Assembly (NCBI GenBank): GCA_030583785.1
Contig: CP129475.1
Span: 1,042,209 to 1,106,208, forward strand
Reading direction: 5' to 3'
DNA length: 64,000 bases
DNA from: Candidatus Dojkabacteria bacterium
GTDB lineage: Bacteria > Patescibacteriota > Dojkabacteria > B142 > OLB20
Position numbers and translations under genes: made by a program. Below are positions 38,437 through 47,721 of the stretch, piece by piece; positions within the stretch are counted from its first letter, which is position 1, and the number at the start of each line of letters is the position of its first letter. The notes under the pieces are model-generated. The model was not told the DNA's origin and ran no database searches. It saw only the letters and a list, made by a program, of their open reading frames with translations.

Positions 38437-39135
38437 TTAATCGTTTCTGCGCACTCCAGATGCTTGCATGGCAAAATATGCGAGCTGACCAAGAGATTGC
38501 AAAACTGCCGCAACATATGTTAGAGCAGCCGCAATTAGAACCTTTCTAACTCCTCCAAGCTCGGTTGCATCAAGAAGTCTAAGTTCGGTAATCATGCGCA
38601 TTGCTCTTCTGCTGGCATCTAACTCTATTGGTAGGGTGATCAGTGTGAATAAAGTAGTACCGGCAAAGAATAAGACTCCTATCCAAGCAAGTTGAGAAAT
38701 GCCAATAACAATACCGGCCATAAGTAATATCATTCCTAGGTTGCTACCGATTGATACAACTGGGGCAATAGTGGTTCGAATTGCCATGAGAGCGCTTCCG
38801 CTAATGTGTTGCTCAACATGACCAAGTTCGTGAGCAGCGATTCCAACAGAAGTTATTGAGCGTTCATTGGCAACTGCCATTGAAAGAGTAACGGTTTTGT
38901 TTAGCGGGTTGTAATTGTCTCCGAGTTCTTGGTCTGTGATTGCCATGCTTATCGGAAAACCTTTAGCTTGAGCAATCTTTTGGAGGACATCGGCGCCGCT
39001 AAGACCTTGAGAATTGATTCTTCTTCGATTCTCGTCGGTCCAGATTCTAAGCAGGAACATAGCAACAATGGTTACTAATAACCCCGGCAGTAAAAAGATA
39101 ATATATAAAGGGTCTATAAACGGAACGAATGGCAT
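38437..39135 (-). CDS. YugP-family membrane zinc metallopeptidase
   Basis: HELGHVEQH (HExxH), an N-terminal TM and hydrophobic C-terminal helices. The pattern matches Zn_peptidase_2/YugP. Confidence 0.8.
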   Translation of the reverse strand: MPFVPFIDPLYIIFLLPGLLVTIVAMFLLRIWTDENRRRINSQGLSGADVLQKIAQAKGFPISMAITDQELGDNYNPLNKTVTLSMAVANERSITSVGIAAHELGHVEQHISGSALMAIRTTIAPVVSIGSNLGMILLMAGIVIGISQLAWIGVLFFAGTTLFTLITLPIELDASRRAMRMITELRLLDATELGGVRKVLIAAALTYVAAVLQSLGQLAYFAMQASGVRRND

Positions 39136-39249
39136 GTCTATTAATTAATATATAATTTCATTCTTTTGCATCCTGCAATTATTATGGCTTCACAGAAAGC
39201 CTCTTAATGAGTTAGAATGTACAATCATTTTAGCAGTTAGACTCATTTT

Positions 39250-39930
39250 ATGAAAAATCTATCTACCAAAACCGTGCTGTTTGCATCATTAATTATCGGT
39301 GTTTTGTTCCTTGCCGGTATTGTGCTTGCAGCAGGTAATCAAAAAGATTCGGGTCCTGCACCAACGCTTCCCATACTCCTCGAAGAGTTCAGCGACTTTC
39401 AGTGTCCTGCTTGCGGTGCTTACTTTGGACTCATCGAAGAAGTGCTTGATGAATATGGTTCAGATATTGAATTCGTCTACAAGCATTTTCCTCTAAGAAC
39501 AATCCATCCAAACGCTTTCGCTGCAGCAATTGCTTCAGAAGCAGCCAGAGAACAAGGTAAATTTATGGAGTACGCAGAAGAACTATTTGCCAACCAAAGA
39601 AACCTTGGAGATGAAACTTATGTAGCAATCGCAGCCAAACTCGAGCTAGATATAGACAAATTTGAAAGTGACCGTAAAAGTCCAGATATTATTGCCCGAG
39701 TTAATGCAGATATTGCAGACGGAAACTCAAGAGGTGTTAATGCAACACCAACTTTCTATATTGAAGGTAAAAAAGTTAATTTCGGAACAAGCGATCCTGC
39801 ACTTAAACTCAGAGAGCTTCTTGACGAACAAATCCGAAAGGCAAAAGAGGCTGTTAGTTATACAGATTCAATAACTCCAACCGAAGTAGATCAGCTAGGT
39901 GAAGAAGAATCCGTTGAAGATAATCAATAA
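39250..39930 (+). CDS. Membrane-anchored thioredoxin-fold thiol:disulfide oxidoreductase (DsbA-like)
   Basis: An N-terminal TM, the FSDFQCPACGAY CxxC active site, and a DsbA-family pattern. Confidence 0.75.
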   Translation: MKNLSTKTVLFASLIIGVLFLAGIVLAAGNQKDSGPAPTLPILLEEFSDFQCPACGAYFGLIEEVLDEYGSDIEFVYKHFPLRTIHPNAFAAAIASEAAREQGKFMEYAEELFANQRNLGDETYVAIAAKLELDIDKFESDRKSPDIIARVNADIADGNSRGVNATPTFYIEGKKVNFGTSDPALKLRELLDEQIRKAKEAVSYTDSITPTEVDQLGEEESVEDNQ

Positions 39931-39932
39931 AA

Positions 39933-40493
39933 ATGAATGTATATTTTGCGGCATCAACTCGCAACTTAAGTCAAAACAGAACAAAGTTTGTTAAGCTTTT
40001 AGAAGTGTTTAAAGAGCTTGGTCATGTCGTACTTCCTTCGTGGATAGTAGAAAAACTTTACAGTAAAGAATCTTCAGATAAAAGACCTCAAGAGCTGGTT
40101 CTAGATAATACACAACTTGTTCAGGAATCTGATCTTGTTGTTATAGACTTAAGTACTCCGTCTTTTGGAGTAGGCTATCTTTTTGGACAGGCACTGGCAA
40201 ATCATAGACCTATACTCTGCTTGTATCCAGAAACAGTTTCTTTGGAGAGTATTTCGGAAATTGTAAAAGGCTCCACTTCTTCGCTTGTTACGCTCAAGTC
40301 TTATTCGGAAAGCAATGTCCGTGATATAATCAGGGACTATTTAGCAGGAATGAGTTTAGATTCTCTTCGCAAGTTCAATTTTATTGCATCCGAAGAAATC
40401 ATGAGATTCATAGAAGATGGATCAGTCAAAGAAGGTAAATCTAAATCCGAATTCTTGCGAGATAAAATACTTAATGAATTGATTACAAAATAA
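39933..40493 (+). CDS. 2'-deoxynucleoside 5'-phosphate N-hydrolase (DNPH1/Rcl)-like protein of the nucleoside 2-deoxyribosyltransferase superfamily, with the catalytic Glu apparently replaced
   Basis: VYFAASTRNLSQNR...DLVVIDLSTPSFGVGYLFGQALANHRPILCLY aligns with DNPH1 IYFCGSIRGGR...DVVVAEVTQPSLGVGYELGRAVAFNKRILCLF. The GYELG nucleophile Glu is Leu here (GYLFG). Confidence 0.6.
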   Translation: MNVYFAASTRNLSQNRTKFVKLLEVFKELGHVVLPSWIVEKLYSKESSDKRPQELVLDNTQLVQESDLVVIDLSTPSFGVGYLFGQALANHRPILCLYPETVSLESISEIVKGSTSSLVTLKSYSESNVRDIIRDYLAGMSLDSLRKFNFIASEEIMRFIEDGSVKEGKSKSEFLRDKILNELITK

Positions 40494-40517
40494 TATCTGC
40501 CCGATATTTTTTTTGAT

Positions 40518-41327
40518 ATGGAACGGGCAACTTCGCAATACCCAAAAATTGATCTAGGTTTGGTCAACGCTTCTTCAAATAGACAGCTAATGATATTACC
40601 ACGGGAAATTAAGCCAGAACCAGCTTTTGAACAAACTAGAGGCAATGCAATAGTTAGATTGAGTGGCAATATTATTGATTATGAACTATCTGGACTCCCC
40701 TATAGAGATCATCCTTTTTATGGATATCAGCCTGCTTGGGGAGAGTTCCGCGAATTTGTTCTAGCAGGGTGTCTCTTTAATGGAATTCATCTCGTGTGTA
40801 ATCTTGCTGATCGAATTCATGTGGACAGAATGAACCATTTTATCGAAGATGGTGCAAAAGCAGATATTGAATATAATTTCTCAATACCTCAACAAGGTTT
40901 CCCCTTTGAGCCTGAATATATGTCTTTGCGAGTAATAACATATCCAGAAGGTATTGTTCGTGAGTATCATGGTGATGGAGGTAAAGTATTCGTTTCTTTG
41001 TTGGATACTTTTAACATTGTGCGCTATTATCATGCCGTTAATGAGATCGCTTCAGATGGAGCAGAGATTATTATTGATGAATTTATAGGTCCAGCAGGTT
41101 TTACGACCACTTCAGAATTCAGGGCGATTCTTGAGGAAGCCGGTTTCGAAATTGTAGAAGAAGCTAGATATCTCCAAGATGAAGAAGTACCAGAACAGAT
41201 AAGGGATAAAAATTGTCAACCTAGATATGGTGCCATTGCTCGAATCGTCTGCCGAAGACCTCAAGATGACGATGATGTAGATGATTACTCAACCATTCCA
41301 GATGGTGGAATTGGTGTTTTTGCCTAG
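40518..41327 (+). CDS. Hypothetical protein, a paralog of the next gene. Acidic C-terminus.
   Basis: Shares a C-terminal block with 41403..42167 (IIIDEFIGPAGFTTTSEFRAILEEAGFEI versus SISSEDFIGPGGYSSREQCLQLFRNAGFTC). No other motif was recognised. Confidence 0.45.
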   Translation: MERATSQYPKIDLGLVNASSNRQLMILPREIKPEPAFEQTRGNAIVRLSGNIIDYELSGLPYRDHPFYGYQPAWGEFREFVLAGCLFNGIHLVCNLADRIHVDRMNHFIEDGAKADIEYNFSIPQQGFPFEPEYMSLRVITYPEGIVREYHGDGGKVFVSLLDTFNIVRYYHAVNEIASDGAEIIIDEFIGPAGFTTTSEFRAILEEAGFEIVEEARYLQDEEVPEQIRDKNCQPRYGAIARIVCRRPQDDDDVDDYSTIPDGGIGVFA

Positions 41328-41402
41328 AAAATTTTCTTGACCAAGATTTATATACAGGATATAATACCCATTACTTTTTATGGCGCCATGGCGCAATGAA
41401 TA

Positions 41403-42167
41403 GTGGCTGGTGTAGCAACATTAGAAACAAGTGTCGATAATCTCACGGACTACCTAAGGTATCACTCGGGGAAAGAAGTTATCTTGTCAATTGGTTGTGG
41501 TAGAGAAATAACAACACCTAGACATTTTGACCCGAAAAACCAAGTATTAATCGGAATGGATCCACAATTGGACTACCATGATGCAGATGGATCTATAATA
41601 GGAATAAAGGATGGTTATTGTCATGTTGATCGTAGACTTAATATACCATCTCGTATTGCTGATAGAGTTGAGACTCATGCAACCATTGCTTACATTGCGT
41701 CTTATCCTCTGGATCCCTTTTCGTCGAATAGCTATTCTATGGAAATTTTTGAGGAAATTCGATCATTAGATAATAATGGTCTTTACCGAGAGTCTAGAAC
41801 AAGATATAACACTAGCAGGATATACGATATTCAAGGTATGCAGGTCGTCTATCAGCGAAGCGTTATGACAGGTAACGATCAATGGAGAGTTATTGACGCT
41901 TCTCATATGATTAATTGGACTCGAGAGCTTGCAAGAATAATTAAGCATGGTGGTTCAATCTCAAGCGAGGATTTTATTGGACCTGGAGGTTATTCATCGC
42001 GAGAACAGTGTCTACAATTATTTAGAAATGCTGGGTTTACTTGTCCGACATTGAGGGAAATAAGGGATCCTCAACAATCTGCTTCTCAGACAATAAGGGA
42101 TAACCAAATTGAAGGAAACGGTTATGGTCAACCCGTTAGCATTTCAGCTAGAGTATTCCATCCTTAG
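41403..42167 (+). CDS. Hypothetical protein with a divergent class I SAM-methyltransferase-like pattern
   Basis: VILSIGCGRE (motif I-like), an acidic VLIGMDPQ (motif II-like), and a C-terminal HGGSISSEDFIGPGG...AGF region. Confidence 0.4.
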   Translation: MAGVATLETSVDNLTDYLRYHSGKEVILSIGCGREITTPRHFDPKNQVLIGMDPQLDYHDADGSIIGIKDGYCHVDRRLNIPSRIADRVETHATIAYIASYPLDPFSSNSYSMEIFEEIRSLDNNGLYRESRTRYNTSRIYDIQGMQVVYQRSVMTGNDQWRVIDASHMINWTRELARIIKHGGSISSEDFIGPGGYSSREQCLQLFRNAGFTCPTLREIRDPQQSASQTIRDNQIEGNGYGQPVSISARVFHP

Positions 42168-42176
42168 TTCAATTTG

Positions 42177-45116
42177 CTAGTTTCTTACCAGAACTGCCTT
42201 ACCGTTGGCTACATCGGCTTCAACCTTTTTGTACTTGACATCTTTTTTAACGGTACCGTCGCTGTAGCGCACAGTAACCTTATCGTTGCGACCTATTTGA
42301 GTCTGTTTATCTTTTTTGACTGTGGCTTGTGTTTTTCCAAGCGTTTTGGCCTGTTCTTGCAGCTCTTTTCCCTTATGAAGCAAATCGGTAAGTCTGGCAG
42401 TCATCTCTCTGGTTCCTGTGTTTACATCTGAGACTTCGTCTTCGTTTGTTCTGATTTGCACTTGGGGCATTTGTCTGGCAACTCTTTGAATCTTGAGAAT
42501 TCTTCTGGCAATTTGATTATTAATTGCTCCAATAAACCTTTCGAAAAGAATGAAAGCTTCGTTCTTGTATTCAACCAAAGGATCCTTTTGAGCATAACTT
42601 CGTAAACTGATTCCTTCTCGTAGGTCTCCAATGGCATTAAGATGTTCTGTCCACAACTCGTCCATGCTTTGCAGGGCGGTTATTCTGTAGATTTCCGGAA
42701 GCGATGCTGCAAACTCTTTGACTTTTTCGTCAAGGATTACGCGAATAATTTTGCTTAAGGCATCTATAATCTCTTCTGGCCCAAGTTTTTCTAGAATAGA
42801 GACAAGCTTATCTGTTGGGGTATTTTGGAGGGCATCTTTATAGGTTACTTTGATGGCTTTGTCTATCAGATTGTCGTCTGCGAGATCCAAGAAGTCTTTG
42901 ATTAGTTGTTTATGATCGAATTCATCGCTTTCTGCTGCAAAGAAATGCTTTTTGACAATTGCTTCAATTTCGTCAACAAGAATTTTGTCGATGTCTGTTT
43001 TTATTTCGGATAACATTTCGACCTTTGTATCTTCGCTATCTGCTTTAACTGCCATTTCTGCTTTTCGCAGGATGTTGTATCTGCGGGTATAGAAGATTTC
43101 GCGCTGTTGATTCATTACATTGTCGTAGTCGACAAGTCGTTTTCGTACATCAAAATTGTGACCTTCCATCTTTTTTTGAGCAGATTCGATTGTTCTGCTG
43201 ATGATTGGATTTTGGATTGGAATGTCGTCTGGAATCTTTGTCGCATTCATGATTTTTTGCACAATCTCACCACCTTGAATGCGCATGATTTCGTCGTTAA
43301 GTGCCACAAAGAATTGCGTTGTTCCCGGTTGTCCTTGTCTTCCGCCTCGACCTCTAAGCTGGTTGTCAATTCTTCTGGCTTCGTGTCGTTGTGCACCAAT
43401 TATGTAAAGTCCGCCAAGCTCTTCTACGCCTTTTCCAAGTGGAATATCTGTTCCTCGACCTGCCATATTTGTGGCAACTGTAACTGCGCTCATTGCACCG
43501 GCTTTGGCTACGATTTGAGCTTCTCGTTCGTGATACTTGGCATTGAGAACCTCGTGTGTGATTGCTTTTTTATCGAGTAATCCAGATAAGTATTCAGAAT
43601 CTTCTATTGAGGCTGTTCCGACAAGAATAGGCCTTTTTGTTTTGTTTATGGTAATGATTTCTTCGACGATTGCTTTAAACTTTGCTTCTCTATCTTTGTA
43701 GATTTTATCCTGCTTGTCTGAGCGTACTACGGGCTTATTTGTTGGAATTGCGTAGGACTCTAAATTGAAGATTTTGGCAAATTCTTCTGCTTCGGTAATG
43801 ATTGTTCCTGAACCTCCGGCAAGCACTTTGTAAAGCTTAAAGAAGTTCTGGAAAGTGATAGTTGCCATGGTTCTTGAAGCTCGTTTGATTTCGACACCTT
43901 CTTTAGCTTCTATCGCTTGATGAAGTCCTTCTGAGTAGCGTCTACCTGGCAGTACTCTTCCGGTGAATTCATCTACAATAAGGACTTCGCCATTGTCTAC
44001 TATGTATTCGTCATCAATCTTATAGAGGACTTCTGCCTTGAGTGCATTGTCTAGGTGGTGAGCATTTTGGTAATCTTCCCACAGGTTAGTTACACCGAGT
44101 AGTTGTTCTGCGTAAGCAACGCCTTCTTCGTTAAGAGTTACTGATCTTGTTTTCTCGTCTACATCGTAGTGCTTATCTTTAGTAAGCTTTTTCACCATGC
44201 GTGCAAACTTTTCGTATAAATCATTTGATTGCTCAGCAGGTGCTGAAATAATTAAGGGAGTTCTGGCTTCGTCTATTAGAATTGAGTCTGCCTCGTCGAC
44301 AATTACAAAATATAGCTCTTTTTGAACTCTATCTGCTGTGTTGTAGGCCATATTGTCGCGCAGATAGTCAAAACCGAATTCGTTGTTGGTTCCATAGACG
44401 ACATCGCAAGAGTAGGCATCTTCTTTAGAGCAGGTGATAAGATTAACGCCTTTCATGTCTGCCAGTTCGGCAATATTTATACCTTTTCTTTCTTCGGCTG
44501 CTTCTTTACCCTTTACGGATTCTAATTCGCTGTCTGGAACAAATTTATATGATGATTGCGGAGTGATAATACCGACGCTAATACCTAGGTCAGCCATTGC
44601 GTGTCCTGCGTATTCACCGTCTCTACGGGCAAGATAATCGTTAACTGTAATTACATGAGAACCTCTGCCGGTAAGTCCATAAAGTGCTGCTGGCAAATGA
44701 AATACCTGAGTTTTTCCTTCTCCTGTTTTAAGTTCTGCAAGTTTATTGCCTTGTGCCAAAATAACTGAAGCGATTAACTGTACTCGAAAATGGGGTTTCC
44801 CGAATTTTCGTCTATTTACTTCTCGAAGAATTGAAAATAGCTGAGGTATGTGCTTTTGAAGCTCTGCCACAACTTCTGATTCAAGAGATTTGTACTTTTC
44901 TTTATTGTCTTGGCTAAGAGCTGTTCTGGCTTCTTCGGGGATCTTATCGAGGATCGGTTGAATGGATTTTCTGATATCCGTAACTTTGGCTCGCAGGTCT
45001 TCGAGAGATAGATTTTTAAGTTCTTCTTCGAGAGTAAAAATTGAATCAACAACCGGAGTAGCCTCGCGAATTGCTGCCTCGGCAGGGTCGAACATTTTTT
45101 TTAAGAAACTAAGCAT
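42177..45116 (-). CDS. secA: Preprotein translocase ATPase SecA (979 aa) with an atypical Lys-rich C-terminal tail lacking the Cys-rich zinc finger
   Basis: DEAD motor motifs, PPXD and HWD regions, and the start MLSFLKKMFDP. The C-terminus is ...VTVRYSDGTVKKDVKYKKVEADVANGKAVLVRN. Confidence 0.97.
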   Translation of the reverse strand: MLSFLKKMFDPAEAAIREATPVVDSIFTLEEELKNLSLEDLRAKVTDIRKSIQPILDKIPEEARTALSQDNKEKYKSLESEVVAELQKHIPQLFSILREVNRRKFGKPHFRVQLIASVILAQGNKLAELKTGEGKTQVFHLPAALYGLTGRGSHVITVNDYLARRDGEYAGHAMADLGISVGIITPQSSYKFVPDSELESVKGKEAAEERKGINIAELADMKGVNLITCSKEDAYSCDVVYGTNNEFGFDYLRDNMAYNTADRVQKELYFVIVDEADSILIDEARTPLIISAPAEQSNDLYEKFARMVKKLTKDKHYDVDEKTRSVTLNEEGVAYAEQLLGVTNLWEDYQNAHHLDNALKAEVLYKIDDEYIVDNGEVLIVDEFTGRVLPGRRYSEGLHQAIEAKEGVEIKRASRTMATITFQNFFKLYKVLAGGSGTIITEAEEFAKIFNLESYAIPTNKPVVRSDKQDKIYKDREAKFKAIVEEIITINKTKRPILVGTASIEDSEYLSGLLDKKAITHEVLNAKYHEREAQIVAKAGAMSAVTVATNMAGRGTDIPLGKGVEELGGLYIIGAQRHEARRIDNQLRGRGGRQGQPGTTQFFVALNDEIMRIQGGEIVQKIMNATKIPDDIPIQNPIISRTIESAQKKMEGHNFDVRKRLVDYDNVMNQQREIFYTRRYNILRKAEMAVKADSEDTKVEMLSEIKTDIDKILVDEIEAIVKKHFFAAESDEFDHKQLIKDFLDLADDNLIDKAIKVTYKDALQNTPTDKLVSILEKLGPEEIIDALSKIIRVILDEKVKEFAASLPEIYRITALQSMDELWTEHLNAIGDLREGISLRSYAQKDPLVEYKNEAFILFERFIGAINNQIARRILKIQRVARQMPQVQIRTNEDEVSDVNTGTREMTARLTDLLHKGKELQEQAKTLGKTQATVKKDKQTQIGRNDKVTVRYSDGTVKKDVKYKKVEADVANGKAVLVRN

Positions 45117-45203
45117 TTGAGTACGATAATCTATTAAGATAGCAGGCAGAATACCGTATATAATAGCACAGTAGTAAATGCTTTTTTAAGGGGGATTAAA
45201 TGC

Positions 45204-46040
45204 TTAGATTCTCTTTCCGATTGTAATTAATCGATGAGAACTGCTTCCCAGAGGTGTGCAGGTGATAATTTTTACCAGATCGTCGTCTGCTGCGTTAAAG
45301 ATAGCCATGTCGTCACCCTCGCGAACTGCTTGAGCCACAATTGAGTATTCATAGGATTGGCCATTGTCTGATTCTAGTCTAATGACATCGCCGACTTTGG
45401 CTCTATCAATGAACCAGCATGATCTTGGATCGTTAGGTCCAAAGTATCTACGATGGCAGAGAAGTATCTTTTCCCCTTTGGCGTAAGATGTCGGGTATAA
45501 CCACATTCCCTGATCGAGTGCAGCATCTCCATCTGAACCTTGTATTACAGGTGAGTTAATATTAATAGAGTCGATTACAATGCGAGAGATTCCTGTTGCT
45601 AAAGGATGAGGAGTAGATTTTACAGTTTCGGCATATGCTTTGATTTCTGTGGTTACAAGATTATCACGAATTCCGGATACTACAACCTCTTGTTGCTTAG
45701 GTAACTCAACCTGATTATTGGTGCTGATTCCTGCAACATTTTGGTCATATCGAGATAGTGACTCAGCTCTCGCAACAACAGAAGTTGCATTGAATGTTTT
45801 ATACGGAATAAAGAATCCGTAATCGAACTGAGCGTTAGTTTCGATGGCTAAAGGTGCATACTGCTGAACTTGTTGATTTTCGTTGTTGCTGGAATATGTT
45901 GGTCTTACGCCAATAATTGATGGTAAATCTGCTCCACCAAGCATGCCTAGGACAATGGAGAGTATGCCAAAGAAGGCAACCAACAATGCCCCAATCATTA
46001 TGAAGATGAAGAATATTCCAGATTTATTCGAATTTTCCAT
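45204..46040 (-). CDS. Sortase-family transpeptidase (membrane-anchored)
   Basis: An N-terminal TM, a His in LLCHRRYFG, the catalytic-Cys motif LVKIITCTP (TLxTC-like), and a downstream Arg. Confidence 0.6.
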   Translation of the reverse strand: MENSNKSGIFFIFIMIGALLVAFFGILSIVLGMLGGADLPSIIGVRPTYSSNNENQQVQQYAPLAIETNAQFDYGFFIPYKTFNATSVVARAESLSRYDQNVAGISTNNQVELPKQQEVVVSGIRDNLVTTEIKAYAETVKSTPHPLATGISRIVIDSININSPVIQGSDGDAALDQGMWLYPTSYAKGEKILLCHRRYFGPNDPRSCWFIDRAKVGDVIRLESDNGQSYEYSIVAQAVREGDDMAIFNAADDDLVKIITCTPLGSSSHRLITIGKRI

Positions 46041-46175
46041 ATCTTATAGTAATCAGATACTACTTATTATAGCATAATCGGCATTTTCTAAATAATCATC
46101 ATATATATAGATTATGGAGATAGCCTATAATGTGATATAATCAAATATATTTATTATGTATCTGTTTTATATCCT

Positions 46176-47660
46176 ATGAAAACAGTCATATTTGAGTCAC
46201 ATAAAGACAAACAACTTCGTAAAGGGCTTATCGCTTATTCGGTTGTCCTTTTGGCAGGCTTGTTTGTCGCACTATCAGCAGTTCTATTTGCTGGAAGTTC
46301 AGAGGCCTTAGTTGTAGACAGGGGAATCTCTTGTAGCGGTGCCGCTAGAAGTGGAGCTGAATGCAATGTTTTAGGCTATCCCCAAAATGTAAACCACATG
46401 TTTGGTTGCTATAACAAAGGTGCAGGTTTTAAGTGTTACGAAGTTCCTGCAAACTCTAACGAAGCTTTGCCAGGCTGCTTCCTTGACACAGATGGTCAAT
46501 GGAAGAACTGCGGTTGTGATATTGCAGCTTGCGAAAATGCCTGCAGAAATAACAATGCCAACAATCCAGGTAGCCATACCCAAGGATGGACATGTAATGG
46601 CTGCGGACAAAACTTCTTATGTGGATGTACTGTATCTCCAACAATTGTTCCAACTACAGGCACACCAACTCCACCACCTCAGGGATGTCCAAGCACACAA
46701 GCTAGATTTTTGGTCGGAAATAGCGGTCTTGTAAAAAGTGGTCAGTTCCAGTTAACTTCTGTCCCACCTTTTGAATATAGTGTTCTTATTAATGGAGATG
46801 TTAACCAGAAGTTTCAGGGAACTGTAGTATTAACTACACCAAATACATCCAGAACACATAATAATGGTGATACCAGACAAGTACCAACACCTCATGTTGC
46901 CGGGAACTACAGATTAGTTGCCAGTCTAAACGGCGAGGTTTGCGATACTGCAGAAGTTAGACTCATTAACGCAGAGATTACTAATCTGCAATGCTGGGAA
47001 ACAGGATGTAACGATTCTGATAAACAATGTGCTCCTGGATCGGGACTTAGCTGTGTAAATAATCGCTGTGTAAATCCACAGTATCCAAACAATCCCGATT
47101 GTAAACCAGATGTCACTCTCAAGTGCTGGGAAACAGGATGTTCAACTCAAGGTAATGTTTGTGAGAACGGCCTGAGCTGTTTAAACAATCGCTGTGTAAA
47201 CCCGCAGTATCCTGAAAATCCAACATGTGAGGCTGTTCCAGGCATTACATTAGATAAAATGACACCAAATGGTCCCGGACCATACAATGTCGGTCAAATT
47301 GTTCCGTTTAGAATTACAATTACTAATACAGGACAAACAACCTATTCAGTAATTAGTTTTAGAGACAGCTGGAATACAAGTAGGCTCGATTTCATTCGAA
47401 TAATAAATAACGCCAACGGCAACGATGTAACTTCTAACTTCACAATAAACCGAACTATGGGAGTTGTGAGTAGTAATGACATCACCACATTTCTTGGAGA
47501 TCTTGGACCAGGACAGTCTTACAATCTGAGATTCGAGTTTAGAGCATTGGCAGCTACAAATCGAACCTGTAATGATGTTTCGATAGTGCCAAACGGAGGA
47601 AATCAAATGACTGACGATGCTTGTGTATCGATAAATCAACCTCCACCAACAGATATGTAA
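46176..47660 (+). CDS. Signal-anchored Cys-rich secreted/surface protein with two tandem 44-aa CWETGC...NNRCVNPQYP modules and a C-terminal DUF11/CARDB-like beta domain. No LPXTG motif.
   Basis: An N-terminal TM (LIAYSVVLLAGLFVALSAVLFAG), about 40 Cys, tandem repeats, and a C-terminal ITITNTGQTTYSV...GPGQSYNLRFEF segment. Confidence 0.6.
   Translation: MKTVIFESHKDKQLRKGLIAYSVVLLAGLFVALSAVLFAGSSEALVVDRGISCSGAARSGAECNVLGYPQNVNHMFGCYNKGAGFKCYEVPANSNEALPGCFLDTDGQWKNCGCDIAACENACRNNNANNPGSHTQGWTCNGCGQNFLCGCTVSPTIVPTTGTPTPPPQGCPSTQARFLVGNSGLVKSGQFQLTSVPPFEYSVLINGDVNQKFQGTVVLTTPNTSRTHNNGDTRQVPTPHVAGNYRLVASLNGEVCDTAEVRLINAEITNLQCWETGCNDSDKQCAPGSGLSCVNNRCVNPQYPNNPDCKPDVTLKCWETGCSTQGNVCENGLSCLNNRCVNPQYPENPTCEAVPGITLDKMTPNGPGPYNVGQIVPFRITITNTGQTTYSVISFRDSWNTSRLDFIRIINNANGNDVTSNFTINRTMGVVSSNDITTFLGDLGPGQSYNLRFEFRALAATNRTCNDVSIVPNGGNQMTDDACVSINQPPPTDM
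46986..47249 (+). repeat. Intragenic tandem duplication (2 x ~132 nt) encoding the Cys-rich CWETGC modules
   Basis: Read from the sequence: ...TGCTGGGAAACAGGATGT...AATCGCTGTGTAAATCCACAGTATCC... occurs twice in succession. Confidence 0.6.
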
Positions 47661-47677
47661 TTGAGATTTATTAAGAG

Positions 47678-47712
47678 AAGGGGTTTGCAAGCTTTGCTTG
47701 CAAACCCCTTTA
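47678..47712. terminator. Strong bidirectional terminator (AAGGGGTTTGCAAGC-TTTG-CTTGCAAACCCCTT + T-run) between convergent genes
   Basis: A 14-15-bp perfect stem. Confidence 0.75.
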
Positions 47713-47721
47713 AGTTTCTGC

